Notes: generated by a model not told the origin, from the sequence alone. DNA of 64,000 nucleotides from Chloroflexota bacterium (GCA_030447745.1 JAUJOH010000010.1:35374-99373); one strand, 5' to 3'. Positions 9,735-19,764 are shown, counted from the stretch's first letter. Made by a program: numbers and translations.

Positions 9735-10132
9735 TCACCGCGTGTCGCGGACGGTGGCACCCCACGATGCGGGATCCACGTCGGCGATCGACTCAGAGAA
9801 GGTCCAGCGGTGACCGCCGGGTCTTCCGCGACGTACTGCCGCTCGCCGTAGGGGTCGTCGATCGGCGGATCGAGGATGCGCGCTCCGGCGCGGACCGCCT
9901 GCTCGTGGTGCGCTCGTGCGTCGGTGACGCGGACATGGACCGAGTGCGTCGCGAAGCCGCCTGGGCGGACGTGCGGTGTGTCGGGCAGCCGCGTCACGAT
10001 GATGGCACCGTCACCGATCACCAGCTGGGCCCGGTGGCCCCCGATCCGAAGTCGCTCGGTGAAGCCGAACACCGGGCAGAGCCAGTCGGCTGCCTCGGCG
10101 ACGTCGGCGTACGCGAGCACCGGGATGACCAC
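9735..10132 (-). CDS. Glyoxalase/bleomycin-resistance (VOC) family protein, disrupted by a 1-bp deletion near 9808
   Basis: VIPVLAYADVAEAADWLCPVFGF...DDPYGERQYVAEDP in ORF 9590..10195. The canonical C-terminus GHRWTFSESIADVDPASWGATVRDTR-stop is in the +1 frame (stop at 9735-9737). DNA reads gcgcggtcac where gcgcgggtcac is expected. Confidence 0.6.
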
Positions 10133-10157
10133 GCTCCGGGAACGGAGCGGTTCGTGA

Positions 10158-10586
10158 TCACGTGTCGAGCTCCGCCGCCGGGGCCCCCGGCGCATCGATC
10201 GGCCGGCTGATCAGCCAGTGGTGCCCGAACGGATCACGAAGCCGGCCCTGTCGAAGGCCGTACGGCTGGTCCTGGACCGGGAAGATGACGTCGCCGCCCG
10301 CGTCGATCGCCTGCTGCGCGACGGCGTCCGGGTCATCCACGTACAGGCTGATCCGGACCGACGTCCCGCCCAGTGTCTCCGGGCTCAGGTTGCCCACTGA
10401 CGGCGTCTCATCCACCGCGCCGAACTCCGCCTCGCCGATGGCAAGGATGGCGACGACACGCCCGTCCGAGCTCGTCAGCCGCGAGAGCTCGCGAGCCCCG
10501 AAGGCGCGCTGGTAGAACTCGCTGGCTCGCGCGGCATCGCGGAGCGACAGCATGGGCATGATCCTGATCGCGGAGGCGTCTGGCAT
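10158..10586 (-). CDS. Glyoxalase/VOC family protein
   Basis: Intact 142-aa ORF: ASEFYQRAFGA...DPFGHHWLISRP. Tandem with the frameshifted VOC paralog. Confidence 0.7.
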   Translation of the reverse strand: MPDASAIRIMPMLSLRDAARASEFYQRAFGARELSRLTSSDGRVVAILAIGEAEFGAVDETPSVGNLSPETLGGTSVRISLYVDDPDAVAQQAIDAGGDVIFPVQDQPYGLRQGRLRDPFGHHWLISRPIDAPGAPAAELDT

Positions 10587-10984
10587 GAGGCTTGCTCCAT
10601 CCTGGTCGAGCTACCGACCTTGGTGAGGTGCGCGCCGGCGGACAGGTCCGCGAGCGTATTACGTCGCGGCCGAGACGCCCACGGCCCCAAGGAGAGCAGA
10701 TAATCATCGCCGGACTGGTATCTGCAGCGCGGCCTCGAAATCAGGCCAGCCATGCAGGCCAGGACTCCTGGGCCGGCTCGAGGCGGTCGGAGGACCCGGC
10801 CCTGAGCGTGGGAAGCACCGCCAGGACGGTGTTTCGGGCCGCCCAGAAGGCCCAACAGTCTGGCCGCGCATGTCTGGCCGCATTGTCGCCTGGGCGACCG
10901 GCCGCCGTGTCGTCTGGACGACCGGCCGCCCCTTTGTCGATCGAACCGCGATGATGGCGGCTGCCTCTCATCGTTCAATCGTGG

Positions 10985-11573
10985 TCAATCGGCGGCGGGA
11001 ATCCCACCTGATCGACGACCTTGGCGACGCAGCCCGACGACCACGACTGCACCGACAAGTGCGCCGAGCACCGCCGCGACGCCGAGCGTTGGCAACCCGT
11101 CCGCGGTTGGTCCCGGCTCCGCAACCGTGACGTTGAGGCGAACCCCGGGCGCCGTGGCGGGCGCAGGGAACTGCGGCAGCTCGAGCCTCCACTCACCCGA
11201 CGTCGGGAACACGACTGTCCCACGATAGAGACTGGCGTCCTCGGCATCGGGCCGAACGGCGACGTCGACTCGCGCCCCGTCAGGACCAACCGCGACGACG
11301 CGGTACGGATAGTCAGCCCCCCACAGGACGAGAACCGTGCCACTTGGCGCGGGTATCGGTCCGTCGTGTTGCATGGGGTTGGCGGCGTCTGCGCCAAAGG
11401 TGGCGAACGTGCGGACCAGAACCTCCGCCGGTTCGTCGGCAGTGGGCCGCTCGGGTGAAACGGTCAAGACGGACCACATGGCTGCCGAGGCGCGGCTCCC
11501 CATGGCCAAGGGATACGGCGGCGATCGCGAGCGCGATGACCAGCGACGGCAACCATGCCGGACGACGGTCCAT
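10985..11573 (-). CDS. Hypothetical exported or membrane-anchored protein; an N-terminal signal peptide may be joined to the body by a frameshift near 11510
   Basis: ORF 10985..11509 has a coding-like body (DYPYRVVAVGPDGARVDVAVRPDAEDASLYRGTVVFPTSGEWRLELPQF) and a C-terminal TM (LGVAAVLGALVGAVVVVGL). A typical signal peptide MDRRPAWLPSLVIALAIAAVSLGHG sits in the adjacent frame (ATG at 11573). Confidence 0.35.
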
Positions 11574-11577
11574 CAAC

Positions 11578-13686
11578 CTAGGCCGTTGCCGTCTCCTCGG
11601 CTCGGCCGGGCGTGCCACGCAGCGCCTCGAGCGTCTCGCGCACCTGATCGGCGAGGCCCGACGCGTCGAGCCGCAGCACCCGCCGCAGATCCGAGACCGA
11701 GCCGTGGTCGACGAACCGGTCACCCGGGATGCCGATGATCCGCACCGTCAGGTCGCGGAACGCGGGGTCGGTGAGGCGGGCGTCCTCGACCGCCTCGAGC
11801 ACGCCGGTTCCGAATCCACCGGTGACCACGCTCTCCTCGAACGTCACGAGCAGCCGCCGGCCGCGCGCCTGGTCGAGGATCAGCTGGCGGTCGAGCGGCT
11901 TGGCGAAGCGCGCGTTGATGACGCCGACCGACCAGCCCTCCGCCTCCAGCGCGTCGGCCGCCTCCAGGACTCGCGCCACGATCGGGCCGAAGCCGACGAA
12001 CAGGAGGTCGCTCCCCTCGCGAAGCACCTCGCCGCGCCCGACCGGCAGCACCTCCGGGTCGGCCGGCGGAAGCCCGAACCCCGCGTCGCGGGGGTAGTGG
12101 AGCGCGAACGGGTGGTCCTGCGCGAGGGCGGTGTGCAGGAGCGACCGGAGCTCCTGCTCGTCCTTCGGCGAGGCAACGACGAGGTGCGGAAGCTGCCGCT
12201 GGACCGGGAGCGTGAACATGCCCTGGTGGCTCGTCCCGTCCTCGCCGACGAGCCCGGCCCGGTCGACCCCGATCAGGACCGGCACGTCGTTCTGGCAGAC
12301 GTCGTGGACGAGCTGGTCGAAGGCCCGTTGCAGGAAGGTCGAGTAGAGGGCGACGACGGGCCGCATGCCGCCGAGCGCGAGTCCCGTGGCCATCGTCATG
12401 GCGTGCTGCTCGGCGATGCCGACGTCGTAGAAGCGGTCCGGGAAGCGCGCCTGGAACTTCGAGAGCCCGGTGCCGGTCGGCATGCCGGCCGTGATCCCCA
12501 CGATCCGGCGGTCGCGCTCGGCCAGCTCGGTCAGCTCCGACACGAAGACGGCCGTGTAGTTGGGGTGCTTCTTCGCCTCAGGGGATGGCGTCGAGGCCGG
12601 GGCGGCATCGTCCGCCATCGACTCGGTCGGCATCGAAGGACGCCCGCTCACCGGGTCGTCCATCGCCGGCTGCACCTTGCCGTTGCGGGCGGACGCCGCC
12701 GAGACGCCCGGCTGGGTGGAGGTGCCCGGTGAGCCCGTCGCGCCGCGATGGTGACCGTCAGCCGCCGGCTCGAGCATCATCGGCGGGAGCGCCGCCCCGT
12801 GGAACCCGATCTGGTCCGTCTCGGCCGGCCGGAAGCCCCGGCCCTTCTGGGTCCGGACGTGGACGAGCACCGGTCCGGGCAGCCGGAGCGCCGCCTCGAA
12901 CGTCTCGAGCAGCGCGTGCAGGTCGTGTCCGGGCACAACGCCGATGTAGGTGATCCCGAGGTCCTCGAACAGCTGCCCTGGCTGCGCGAAGTTGACGACC
13001 GATCGGCGGAGCCGACGGCTGAGCTCGAGGGCGGTGGGGCCGATGACCGGGAGCCGCTCCACGAGCGAGTCGTACACGCTCTTGCTCTGGCGCCATGCGC
13101 TCGACAGCTTGATCTGCGAGAGGTAGTGCGAGAACGCACCGACCGTCGGGCTGATCGACATCTCGTTGTCATTGAGCACGATCAGCAGCTGCGTCCGGCG
13201 CTGGCCGATGTCGTTGAGCGCCTCGAGGGACAGCCCGCTCATGAGCGCCGCATCGCCGACCACCACCGCGATGCGCTGGAGGCCGTGGCGGATGTCGCGT
13301 GCGGCGGCCAGCCCCTCGGCGATCGAGAGGCCCGTGCCGGCGTGGCCGCCGTCGAAGACGTCGTGGGCGGACTCGCTGCGGCGCGGAAACCCGCCGACGC
13401 CGTCGAGCTGGCGCAGCGTGTGGAACCGGTCGAGCCGCCCGGTGAGCAGCTTGTGCGGGTACGCCTGGTGGCCGGTGTCCCAGACGATGCGGTCACGCGG
13501 GGACTCGAGCAGGCGGTGGAGCGCGAGCGTCAGCTCGACAACGCCGAGCGAGGAGCCGAGGTGCCCGCCCGTCTCGGCCACCGTGTCGATGATCGTCTGG
13601 CGGATCTCGGCCGCGAGTCGCGCGAGCTGGGGTTCGTCGAGGCCACGGAGGTCGGCCGGACCGTCGAGATTGGCGAGGATGGACAC
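11578..13686 (-). CDS. dxs: 1-deoxy-D-xylulose-5-phosphate synthase
   Basis: 702 aa with TPP-binding GDG...NDN motifs and the transketolase fold; a long Pro/Ser/Ala-rich internal linker. Confidence 0.9.
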   Translation of the reverse strand: MSILANLDGPADLRGLDEPQLARLAAEIRQTIIDTVAETGGHLGSSLGVVELTLALHRLLESPRDRIVWDTGHQAYPHKLLTGRLDRFHTLRQLDGVGGFPRRSESAHDVFDGGHAGTGLSIAEGLAAARDIRHGLQRIAVVVGDAALMSGLSLEALNDIGQRRTQLLIVLNDNEMSISPTVGAFSHYLSQIKLSSAWRQSKSVYDSLVERLPVIGPTALELSRRLRRSVVNFAQPGQLFEDLGITYIGVVPGHDLHALLETFEAALRLPGPVLVHVRTQKGRGFRPAETDQIGFHGAALPPMMLEPAADGHHRGATGSPGTSTQPGVSAASARNGKVQPAMDDPVSGRPSMPTESMADDAAPASTPSPEAKKHPNYTAVFVSELTELAERDRRIVGITAGMPTGTGLSKFQARFPDRFYDVGIAEQHAMTMATGLALGGMRPVVALYSTFLQRAFDQLVHDVCQNDVPVLIGVDRAGLVGEDGTSHQGMFTLPVQRQLPHLVVASPKDEQELRSLLHTALAQDHPFALHYPRDAGFGLPPADPEVLPVGRGEVLREGSDLLFVGFGPIVARVLEAADALEAEGWSVGVINARFAKPLDRQLILDQARGRRLLVTFEESVVTGGFGTGVLEAVEDARLTDPAFRDLTVRIIGIPGDRFVDHGSVSDLRRVLRLDASGLADQVRETLEALRGTPGRAEETATA

Positions 13687-13858
13687 GCGGTGCTCCTGCG
13701 AGCGATGCCAGTGGACAGGACCGTCGACCGTTGGTTCGAGCCGGACAGCGGTTCGGATGGCAGTCGGACGAGTCTACCGTTCTCCGGCGTGACGCCCGGT
13801 TGGCGTCAATACTTGATACCACGGATGCGCACGTTGTGCGACGTGCGGCCGAGCTGGG

Positions 13859-14119
13859 TCAGCTCTCCGATCCGTCCTCCGGGCGCACATCGACGACCTC
13901 GACGCCGGACGACCGCGCGACCAGCTGTTTCATCCGCAGCTCCGCGTCGGTCAGGAGCCGGTTGCAGTGCTCGATCAGGACAGCGCCCCGCTCGTGCAGC
14001 GCGAGCGCTCGCTCGAGCGGTTGGCCGCCAGTCTCGAGCTCCGCGACGGTCCTCTGGAGCTCGGCCAGCGCAACGTCGAACGGGAGCTGGTCGATCGGCG
14101 TGTCAGTCGACTCGGTCAC
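13859..14119 (-). CDS. xseB: Exodeoxyribonuclease VII small subunit
   Basis: 86 aa: FDVALAELQRTVAELETGGQPLERALALHERGAVLIEHCNRLL. Confidence 0.85.
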   Translation of the reverse strand: MTESTDTPIDQLPFDVALAELQRTVAELETGGQPLERALALHERGAVLIEHCNRLLTDAELRMKQLVARSSGVEVVDVRPEDGSES

Positions 14120-14232
14120 CGGACTCCTCGTCCTCCCGCTCCGCCCAGCGGGTCACGGCCGGGGCGACGAGCATACCAACGGCCGAACCGACCGCCGCCA
14201 CGGCCGCGGCCGCCAGGAGGAGGCCGACGAGC

Positions 14233-15690
14233 TCAGGCATCGGGCTCGTTCGTCGTCACGGCCCGGAGCTCGCCGCGCGCGAGACGAAGGCGCAGCGGCG
14301 TGCCGGCGGGTGCCTCGTCTGGGCCTCGGACGATTGCGTCGTCGACCGCGCGATGCACGATCGAGTAGCCCCGATCGAGCGTCGCCTGTGGAGCCAGCAC
14401 GGCCATCGCCGCCGTGGAGGCAGCGAGGCCGGCGCGAGCTCGGCCGAGCCGCGCGACCGTCAGCCGGGGCAACGTCTCCGCCGCTCTGCCCAGGCGCAGC
14501 TGGTCGCGGACGAGGCGGCCGGTCAGCGCGCGCGTCGCCCGGTCGAAGAGCAGGCCGGTCTGCTCCCGGAGGGTCGCCAGCCGGGCTGCGGGACTGGCCT
14601 GCTCGAGCGCCCGGCGCTCCGCCGCCAGCTCTCGAGCGGCGCCGGCGAGGTGGCGGCCGCCGGCCTCGTGCAAGCGGTCCGCTGCTCGTCGCAGCGACGC
14701 CGCGAAGTCCGCCCGATCGGGCACCACGATCTCCGCCGCAGCCGACGGCGTGGGCGCGCGGACGTCCGCCGCGAAGTCGGCCAGCGTCACGTCGACCTCG
14801 TGCCCCACGCCACACACGACCGGCACGGAGTGGTTGATCACGGCGCGACCGACTCGCTCGTCGTTGAACGCCCACAGATCCTCGAGCGAGCCGCCGCCGC
14901 GGGCGAGGATCGTGACCGCCGGCGCGTCGTCCGGTCGTCCCTCCGCCCGGCACACCTCGATGTACCGCTCGAGGCGCCGGAAGGCGGTGACGATCGTGGG
15001 CGGAGCGGTGTCGCCCTGCACCTGGCACGCGACGAGCACGACCTGCGCCAGCGGCCAGCGTCGGGCGAGGACGTGGGTGATGTCGCGCCACACCGCCCCG
15101 GTCGGGCTCGTGATGACGGCGATCGTGCGTGGCCTGGGTGGCAGCGGCCGCTTCCGCGCCGAGTCGAAGAGCCCGTCCTGCGCGAGCCGCGCCTTGAGCG
15201 CCTCGAAGCGGAGGGCGAGATCACCGAAGCCCGCCGGCTGGATCGACTCGACGTACAGCTGGAGGGCGCCCTGCGGCTCGAACAGGTCGACCCGGCCGTG
15301 GGCCACGATCCGGAGACCCGCCTGCGGCTCGAAGGCGCTCCGCAGCCGGTCGTCGCGGAACCAGACGCACTGGAGCTGGTTGCGCTCGTCCTTGAGCGAG
15401 AAGTAGGCGTGCCCGGCGCTCGACACCGTCACCCGCCCGACCTCGCCCTCGACCCACAGGTCCGTCAGCCGCGGATCCGAGCGGACGGCGCCGCGAATCG
15501 CACGGGTGACCTCGCTGACGCCGAGGATGCGGAGGCCGTACGTGCCCGGCGCGGCGGCCTGCGACTCCCCCGGCCGGGCGGCCGTCCCCGGCGCGGGGCG
15601 ACGGCGTCCGCGGCCCCCGCGCGGGACCAGGGCGACGGCGTCCCAGAGGCGTCCCGGCAGCGCCCAGTCGGGCGGCTCGGATCGGGTCAC
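14233..15690 (-). CDS. xseA: Exodeoxyribonuclease VII large subunit
   Basis: OB-fold N-terminus (VWVEGEVGRVTVSSAGHAYFSLKD), catalytic core and coiled-coil C-terminus. GTG at 15690. Confidence 0.85.
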   Translation of the reverse strand: MTRSEPPDWALPGRLWDAVALVPRGGRGRRRPAPGTAARPGESQAAAPGTYGLRILGVSEVTRAIRGAVRSDPRLTDLWVEGEVGRVTVSSAGHAYFSLKDERNQLQCVWFRDDRLRSAFEPQAGLRIVAHGRVDLFEPQGALQLYVESIQPAGFGDLALRFEALKARLAQDGLFDSARKRPLPPRPRTIAVITSPTGAVWRDITHVLARRWPLAQVVLVACQVQGDTAPPTIVTAFRRLERYIEVCRAEGRPDDAPAVTILARGGGSLEDLWAFNDERVGRAVINHSVPVVCGVGHEVDVTLADFAADVRAPTPSAAAEIVVPDRADFAASLRRAADRLHEAGGRHLAGAARELAAERRALEQASPAARLATLREQTGLLFDRATRALTGRLVRDQLRLGRAAETLPRLTVARLGRARAGLAASTAAMAVLAPQATLDRGYSIVHRAVDDAIVRGPDEAPAGTPLRLRLARGELRAVTTNEPDA

Positions 15691-15913
15691 CCGTAGCCCA
15701 GCTGGACGTGCCGCCAGCGGTCGTCGCCGTCGATGAGGCTCCGCAGGTGGTTGATCTCACTGGGCCGGCCGGGAGCGCTCGCCAGGCGGCGGCTGGAACG
15801 GTGACGAGATTGGTGAGCAGCGCCTGGCTCTCGTTCGTCGCCTCGATCCCGCGGCCCCGGAACGCGTCCTCGAGGACGTAGAGCAGCGTGTCGATGCTGC
15901 CGCGTCCTGACAT
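15687..15913 (-). CDS. Small hypothetical protein (~75 aa), translationally coupled to xseA; contains one apparent 1-bp frameshift
   Basis: MSGRGSIDTLLYVLEDAFRGRGIEATNESQALLTNLVTVPAAAWRALP... continues after a shift as ...SEINHLRSLIDGDDRWRHVQLGYG-stop. That stop overlaps the xseA GTG as GTGA. Confidence 0.35.
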
Positions 15914-15929
15914 CGCGCCGGTCGCTCCG

Positions 15930-16487
15930 TCAGACTCGGGTCTGGTACTCGCCGGTGCGCGTGTCCACCCGGATCGTGTCGCCCTCGCCGACGAAGATCG
16001 GCACGTGGACGACCAGCCCGGTCTCCGTGGTCGCCGGCTTGCGTGCGCCCGACTGCGTGTCGCCGGCGAAGCCCGGCTCGGTCGCCGTAATCCTGAGGTC
16101 CACGGTGACGGGGAGCTCGACGCCGATCGTCTCGCCCTGGTACGAGGTCCGGTCGAGCGTCATCCCGTCCTTGATGTACCGCGCCGCGTCACCCAGCTGG
16201 TCGGCCGTCAGGGTGAACTGCTCGTACGAGTCGTTGTCCATGAAATGGAAGTCGTTTCCGTCGCGGTACAGGAACTGGACGGGCCGGCGCTCCATCGAGG
16301 CGCGCGGCCACTTCGTTCCCGCCTGGAACGAGCGCTCGATGGTCTGGCCGCGCTTGATGTTGCGGAGCGTGATCCGCACCTGCGCGGAGCCGCGGCCCAT
16401 CTTGATGTGGTGGTAGTCGAGGATCTGCCAGAGGTCGCCATCCAGCTCGATCGCGACGCCCTTTCGCAGCTCGCCGGTGCTGATCAT
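15930..16487 (-). CDS. efp: Elongation factor P
   Basis: 185 aa: GVAIELDGDLWQILDYHHIKMGRGSAQVRITLRNIK (KPGKG-loop region) and the three EF-P domains. Confidence 0.9.
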   Translation of the reverse strand: MISTGELRKGVAIELDGDLWQILDYHHIKMGRGSAQVRITLRNIKRGQTIERSFQAGTKWPRASMERRPVQFLYRDGNDFHFMDNDSYEQFTLTADQLGDAARYIKDGMTLDRTSYQGETIGVELPVTVDLRITATEPGFAGDTQSGARKPATTETGLVVHVPIFVGEGDTIRVDTRTGEYQTRV

Positions 16488-16634
16488 GTCGGTGTGGCTC
16501 CACGTGCCGGGCGCGCGGACCGGCGGATCGATGGTGTTCGGTGGGTCGATTGTAGCCGAGCGCGACGCCGTGACCGGGTGTCCGCCCGTTCCGCTGATCC
16601 CCGGTTCGGGGCCGCCCGCGGCGAGCGCCCGAGC

Positions 16635-17876
16635 TCACCGCCCGACGACGATCGGCGTGCTCGGGAACCTCGTCAGCCGCTCGAGGCGTCCGGCCGTCGC
16701 GTCGATCGCGACCAGATCCTCGATCCGGACTCCCATCTCGCCCTCGAGATAGATGCCCGGCTCGACGGAGAAGACCGTCCGCGACGGGAGCTCGGCGACC
16801 GCCGCCGCGGACCTGCCGAGCGACGGCGCCTCGTGCGTCGCGAGCCCGATCCCGTGCCCGAGCCCGTGGCCGTAGGCGGGCCACCGCCCGTCCTCGTCGA
16901 TCACCGACCGGGCGGCGGCATCGGCTTCCCGACCCGTGGGCAGTGCCGCGCCCTCGGCCAGCCGCGCCTCGAGCAGCTGGATCGCCGCCCGCTGCGAGCG
17001 CGCGACGAGCCGGTAGACGTCGAGGTCGCGCTCGGCCGGCTCGCCGACGAACAGCGTCCGCGTCATGTCGCTCCGGTAGCCCGCCACCTGCGCCCCGAAG
17101 TCGAACAGCAGCACCTCGCCCGCGGCGATCGGCTGGTCGCGTGGCGCCCCGTGAGGCAGCGCCGCCTGGGCGCCGGACAGGCACGCGACGTCGAAGGCGA
17201 GGGCCTCAGCGCCGCTCGTCCGCATCTCCCACTCGAGCGCCATCGCGAGCTCGAGCTCCGTGGCGCCGGGACGGATCCGCGGCAGCAGCGCGGCCAGGGC
17301 GCGGTCGGCGACGGCGCACGCGGCGCCAATCCGCTCGAGCTCCGCGGGCTCCTTCGTGGCGCGATCGGCTTCCACCCACCCCTCGACGGGCACGAGCTCG
17401 ACCTCCGCAGCCGCGGACTCGAGGGCCCGCCAGACGCTGTGCGGCACGAACGCCGCCTCCACGGCGACGCGGCGGGCGCCGACGGAGGCCACGAGCTCCG
17501 TCCAGCGCGACGGCAGGTCGTGGTAGACCTCGAACAGCCGCGATTCGGGCGCTTCCCGCCCGGCCTGGATCGTGTACCGGCTGTCGGCCAGCACGACGAC
17601 CTCCTCGCCGCCGACGAGGAACTGGCCGGACTGGCCGGCGACCTTGTCTTCCCCCGACCCGAGCCGGAAGCCGGTGAGGTACCGCATGTGCTCCGGCCGG
17701 ACGCCGAAGTACGCGTCGACGCCCGCCTCGCCGAATCGCGCCCGAAGGCGCCGCAGGCGCGCCGGCCGCGCCACCCGGTCGAGTGCCTCCCACTCCGCGA
17801 GCTGGGCCGGCGGCGGCGGGCCGGCGAAGTCCGCCGGGGAGGGCCACGAAGAAGCGCCGCGGGCGCGAGCCGTCAC
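16635..17876 (-). CDS. pepP: Xaa-Pro aminopeptidase / M24 family peptidase
   Basis: Creatinase N-domain plus M24 pita-bread core (HGLGHGIGLATHEAP, EPGIYLEGEMGVRIED). Classic pepP-efp arrangement. GTG at 17876 forms GTGA with the mltG stop. Confidence 0.8.
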   Translation of the reverse strand: MTARARGASSWPSPADFAGPPPPAQLAEWEALDRVARPARLRRLRARFGEAGVDAYFGVRPEHMRYLTGFRLGSGEDKVAGQSGQFLVGGEEVVVLADSRYTIQAGREAPESRLFEVYHDLPSRWTELVASVGARRVAVEAAFVPHSVWRALESAAAEVELVPVEGWVEADRATKEPAELERIGAACAVADRALAALLPRIRPGATELELAMALEWEMRTSGAEALAFDVACLSGAQAALPHGAPRDQPIAAGEVLLFDFGAQVAGYRSDMTRTLFVGEPAERDLDVYRLVARSQRAAIQLLEARLAEGAALPTGREADAAARSVIDEDGRWPAYGHGLGHGIGLATHEAPSLGRSAAAVAELPSRTVFSVEPGIYLEGEMGVRIEDLVAIDATAGRLERLTRFPSTPIVVGR

Positions 17877-19228
17877 AGGTAGCCGTACTTGCGCCGGTTC
17901 TCGTTGTGCTCTTCGATCGTCTTTGCGAAGACGTGCTTGCCCCCGCCGTCCGGGATGGCGAGGAAGTAGAAGTAGCCGGCCTCCGTGTCCGGGTCGAGGG
18001 CCGCCTCGATCGAGCTCAGCCCTGGCGAGCAGATCGGCCCCGGCGGGAGGCCGCGCACCGCGTACGTGTTGTACGGTGCCAGATCCTCCGGGAGCTGGAC
18101 CTCGGCCAGCGGGACCCCCGGCGGCACCCAGAAGGCGTACTCCGTCCACCGCTCGAACGGCAGCTCGCGCAGTGCGAGGGTGTCGAGCGCGTAGAAGACA
18201 GTGGGGTCGGCGTTCAGGATCTGCTCCGGGCCGCTGCCGTTGAGCCGGTTCTCGTAGACGCCGGCGATCAGCGGACGCTCCTCGGGAACCTGCGCCTCCT
18301 TCTCGACGATCGAGGCCAGGGTCAGGCGCTCGTAGAAGGTCGCCTGTGCCACGCGCTCACGCCCGACCTGCTCGACGAACCGGTCGAGCATCATTCGGAT
18401 CAGCTCCTCCGCGGTCGTGTCCTGCACGAGGTCATAGGACGCCGGGAACAGATAGCCCTCGAGCGAGGCGCCGTCCGGCAGACCGGATGCGCCGAGCCAC
18501 GGGTAGTCGGCGAGAAGCTCCGGGGTCGGCTCCATCGCGAGGTCCCGGAACTCCTGGGCGTCGACGCTCAGGTCCTCCTCCCACGTCTGGATCAGCGCGG
18601 CCATCTGGTCGATCCGGAGTGCCTCGCGGAACGTCTTGGAAACCACGACGACGGTGATCCGGTTGTCGATCAGGGCGGTCACCAGCTCGTCCGGGGTCAT
18701 GTTCCTGGCCACGCGGAAGTCACCCGCCTCGAGCCGCGGCGCGAGATCGCGCATCGTGGCCTGGAACACGAAGGCCCGCGAGTCGCTCACCAGCCCCTCC
18801 GCCTCGAGCCGGTTGGCGACCTCCGCCACCGTGTCGCCGTCGCGCACGGTGAAGGTGACGTCGGCGGAGTCCTCGCTCGGCGCCTCGGTCAACGCGGTGC
18901 CCAGCCGCTCGCGGACGAGGTCCGCGACGAACGGGATCCGGAGCGCCGCCGGGTTGTCATAGCCCCAGCCGACCAGCGAGTCCGCGACGATCGGTCGCAG
19001 GGCGGTGAACAGCACGGCGATGACCAGCGCACCGAGCACGACCGCGAACACGACGAACCGAAGCAGCCCGACGAGACCGCTGCCGCCGCGATCGCGGGGC
19101 CGCCGCTCCGGCGAGGCGCGGCGCGGGTCGCCGTTCCACGTCCGGCGTCCGTCGAGGCGCTGGTGCGGCTCGTACGGCTCCGCCGGGGCACGCCGGTCGC
19201 GCGGGCGACCGCCGCCGCGAATGGTCAT
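17873..19228 (-). CDS. mltG: Endolytic murein transglycosylase MltG (YceG family)
   Basis: N-terminal TM plus the YceG domain (EGYLFPASYDL, ASIVEKEA, NTYAVRGLPPGPICSPG). Confidence 0.85.
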   Translation of the reverse strand: MTIRGGGRPRDRRAPAEPYEPHQRLDGRRTWNGDPRRASPERRPRDRGGSGLVGLLRFVVFAVVLGALVIAVLFTALRPIVADSLVGWGYDNPAALRIPFVADLVRERLGTALTEAPSEDSADVTFTVRDGDTVAEVANRLEAEGLVSDSRAFVFQATMRDLAPRLEAGDFRVARNMTPDELVTALIDNRITVVVVSKTFREALRIDQMAALIQTWEEDLSVDAQEFRDLAMEPTPELLADYPWLGASGLPDGASLEGYLFPASYDLVQDTTAEELIRMMLDRFVEQVGRERVAQATFYERLTLASIVEKEAQVPEERPLIAGVYENRLNGSGPEQILNADPTVFYALDTLALRELPFERWTEYAFWVPPGVPLAEVQLPEDLAPYNTYAVRGLPPGPICSPGLSSIEAALDPDTEAGYFYFLAIPDGGGKHVFAKTIEEHNENRRKYGYL

Positions 19229-19764
19229 TGGCTCCTCTCCATCGCCGTCGACGGCGGAGCGGACGGGGCCTCGGGAGCTGGGGATTGGCCCGTGCCTGGG
19301 GATTGGCCCGTGTCCGCGGCGGCCCGCGCATCCAGCTCCTCCTGCAGGATGATCGCGGCGGCCTCACGGTCGACACGGGAACGGTACACCTCCCGCTGGG
19401 CCGGCGTAGGCGGGCCGCCCGATCGGCCGCGCTTCATCGGCCCGAGCCGCTCCTCCGCGCGGTGGCTGCTCAGTCGCTCGTCCCGGAGCGTGTACGGGAT
19501 CCCGAGGCGCTCGGCGACGCCGGCCGCCCACGCTCGAGTGAGCTCCGCCTGCGGCCCATCGGCTCCCCAGGCCTGGAGCGGCAGCCCGACGACCAGCTCG
19601 GTCGCCGAGTGCTCCGCGACGAGCCGCTGGATGGCGGCTGCGTCCGCGTCGAGGTCGTGGCCGCGCCGGATGGTCGCGACGGGCCACGCACGACCGCCCT
19701 CGCGCTCCGCGACCGCGACCCCGATCCGGCGCTCGCCGAGGTCGATGCCGAGCAGACGGGTCAA
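19225..19764 (-). CDS. ruvX: Holliday junction resolvase-like protein RuvX/YqgF
   Basis: LLGIDLGERRIGVAVAE...ELVVGLPLQAWGADGPQAELTRAWA. TTG start at 19764; ATGA-type overlap with mltG. Confidence 0.75.
   Translation of the reverse strand: MTRLLGIDLGERRIGVAVAEREGGRAWPVATIRRGHDLDADAAAIQRLVAEHSATELVVGLPLQAWGADGPQAELTRAWAAGVAERLGIPYTLRDERLSSHRAEERLGPMKRGRSGGPPTPAQREVYRSRVDREAAAIILQEELDARAAADTGQSPGTGQSPAPEAPSAPPSTAMERSQ

Noticed and set aside
12600-12850. ~75-aa Pro/Ser/Ala-rich insertion inside Dxs
   Set aside because: It corresponds to the known disordered linker between Dxs domains I and II, which varies in length; not an anomaly.
13800-13850. 7-bp inverted repeat cgcacgt-tgtgcg-acgtgcg downstream of xseB (possible terminator)
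   Set aside because: No U-tract, a short stem, and dxs follows within 170 bp on the same strand. It is as likely a chance palindrome; not called.
12748-15696. Very long plus-strand ORFs antisense to real genes (for example 12748..15696 982 aa, 38656..41376 906 aa, 41990..45610 1206 aa, 1..1482, 4735..6339, 21823..23757)
   Set aside because: Arg/Pro/Gly/Ala-rich low-complexity translations typical of stop-poor wrong frames in ~72% GC DNA. Each overlaps a well-conserved minus-strand gene.
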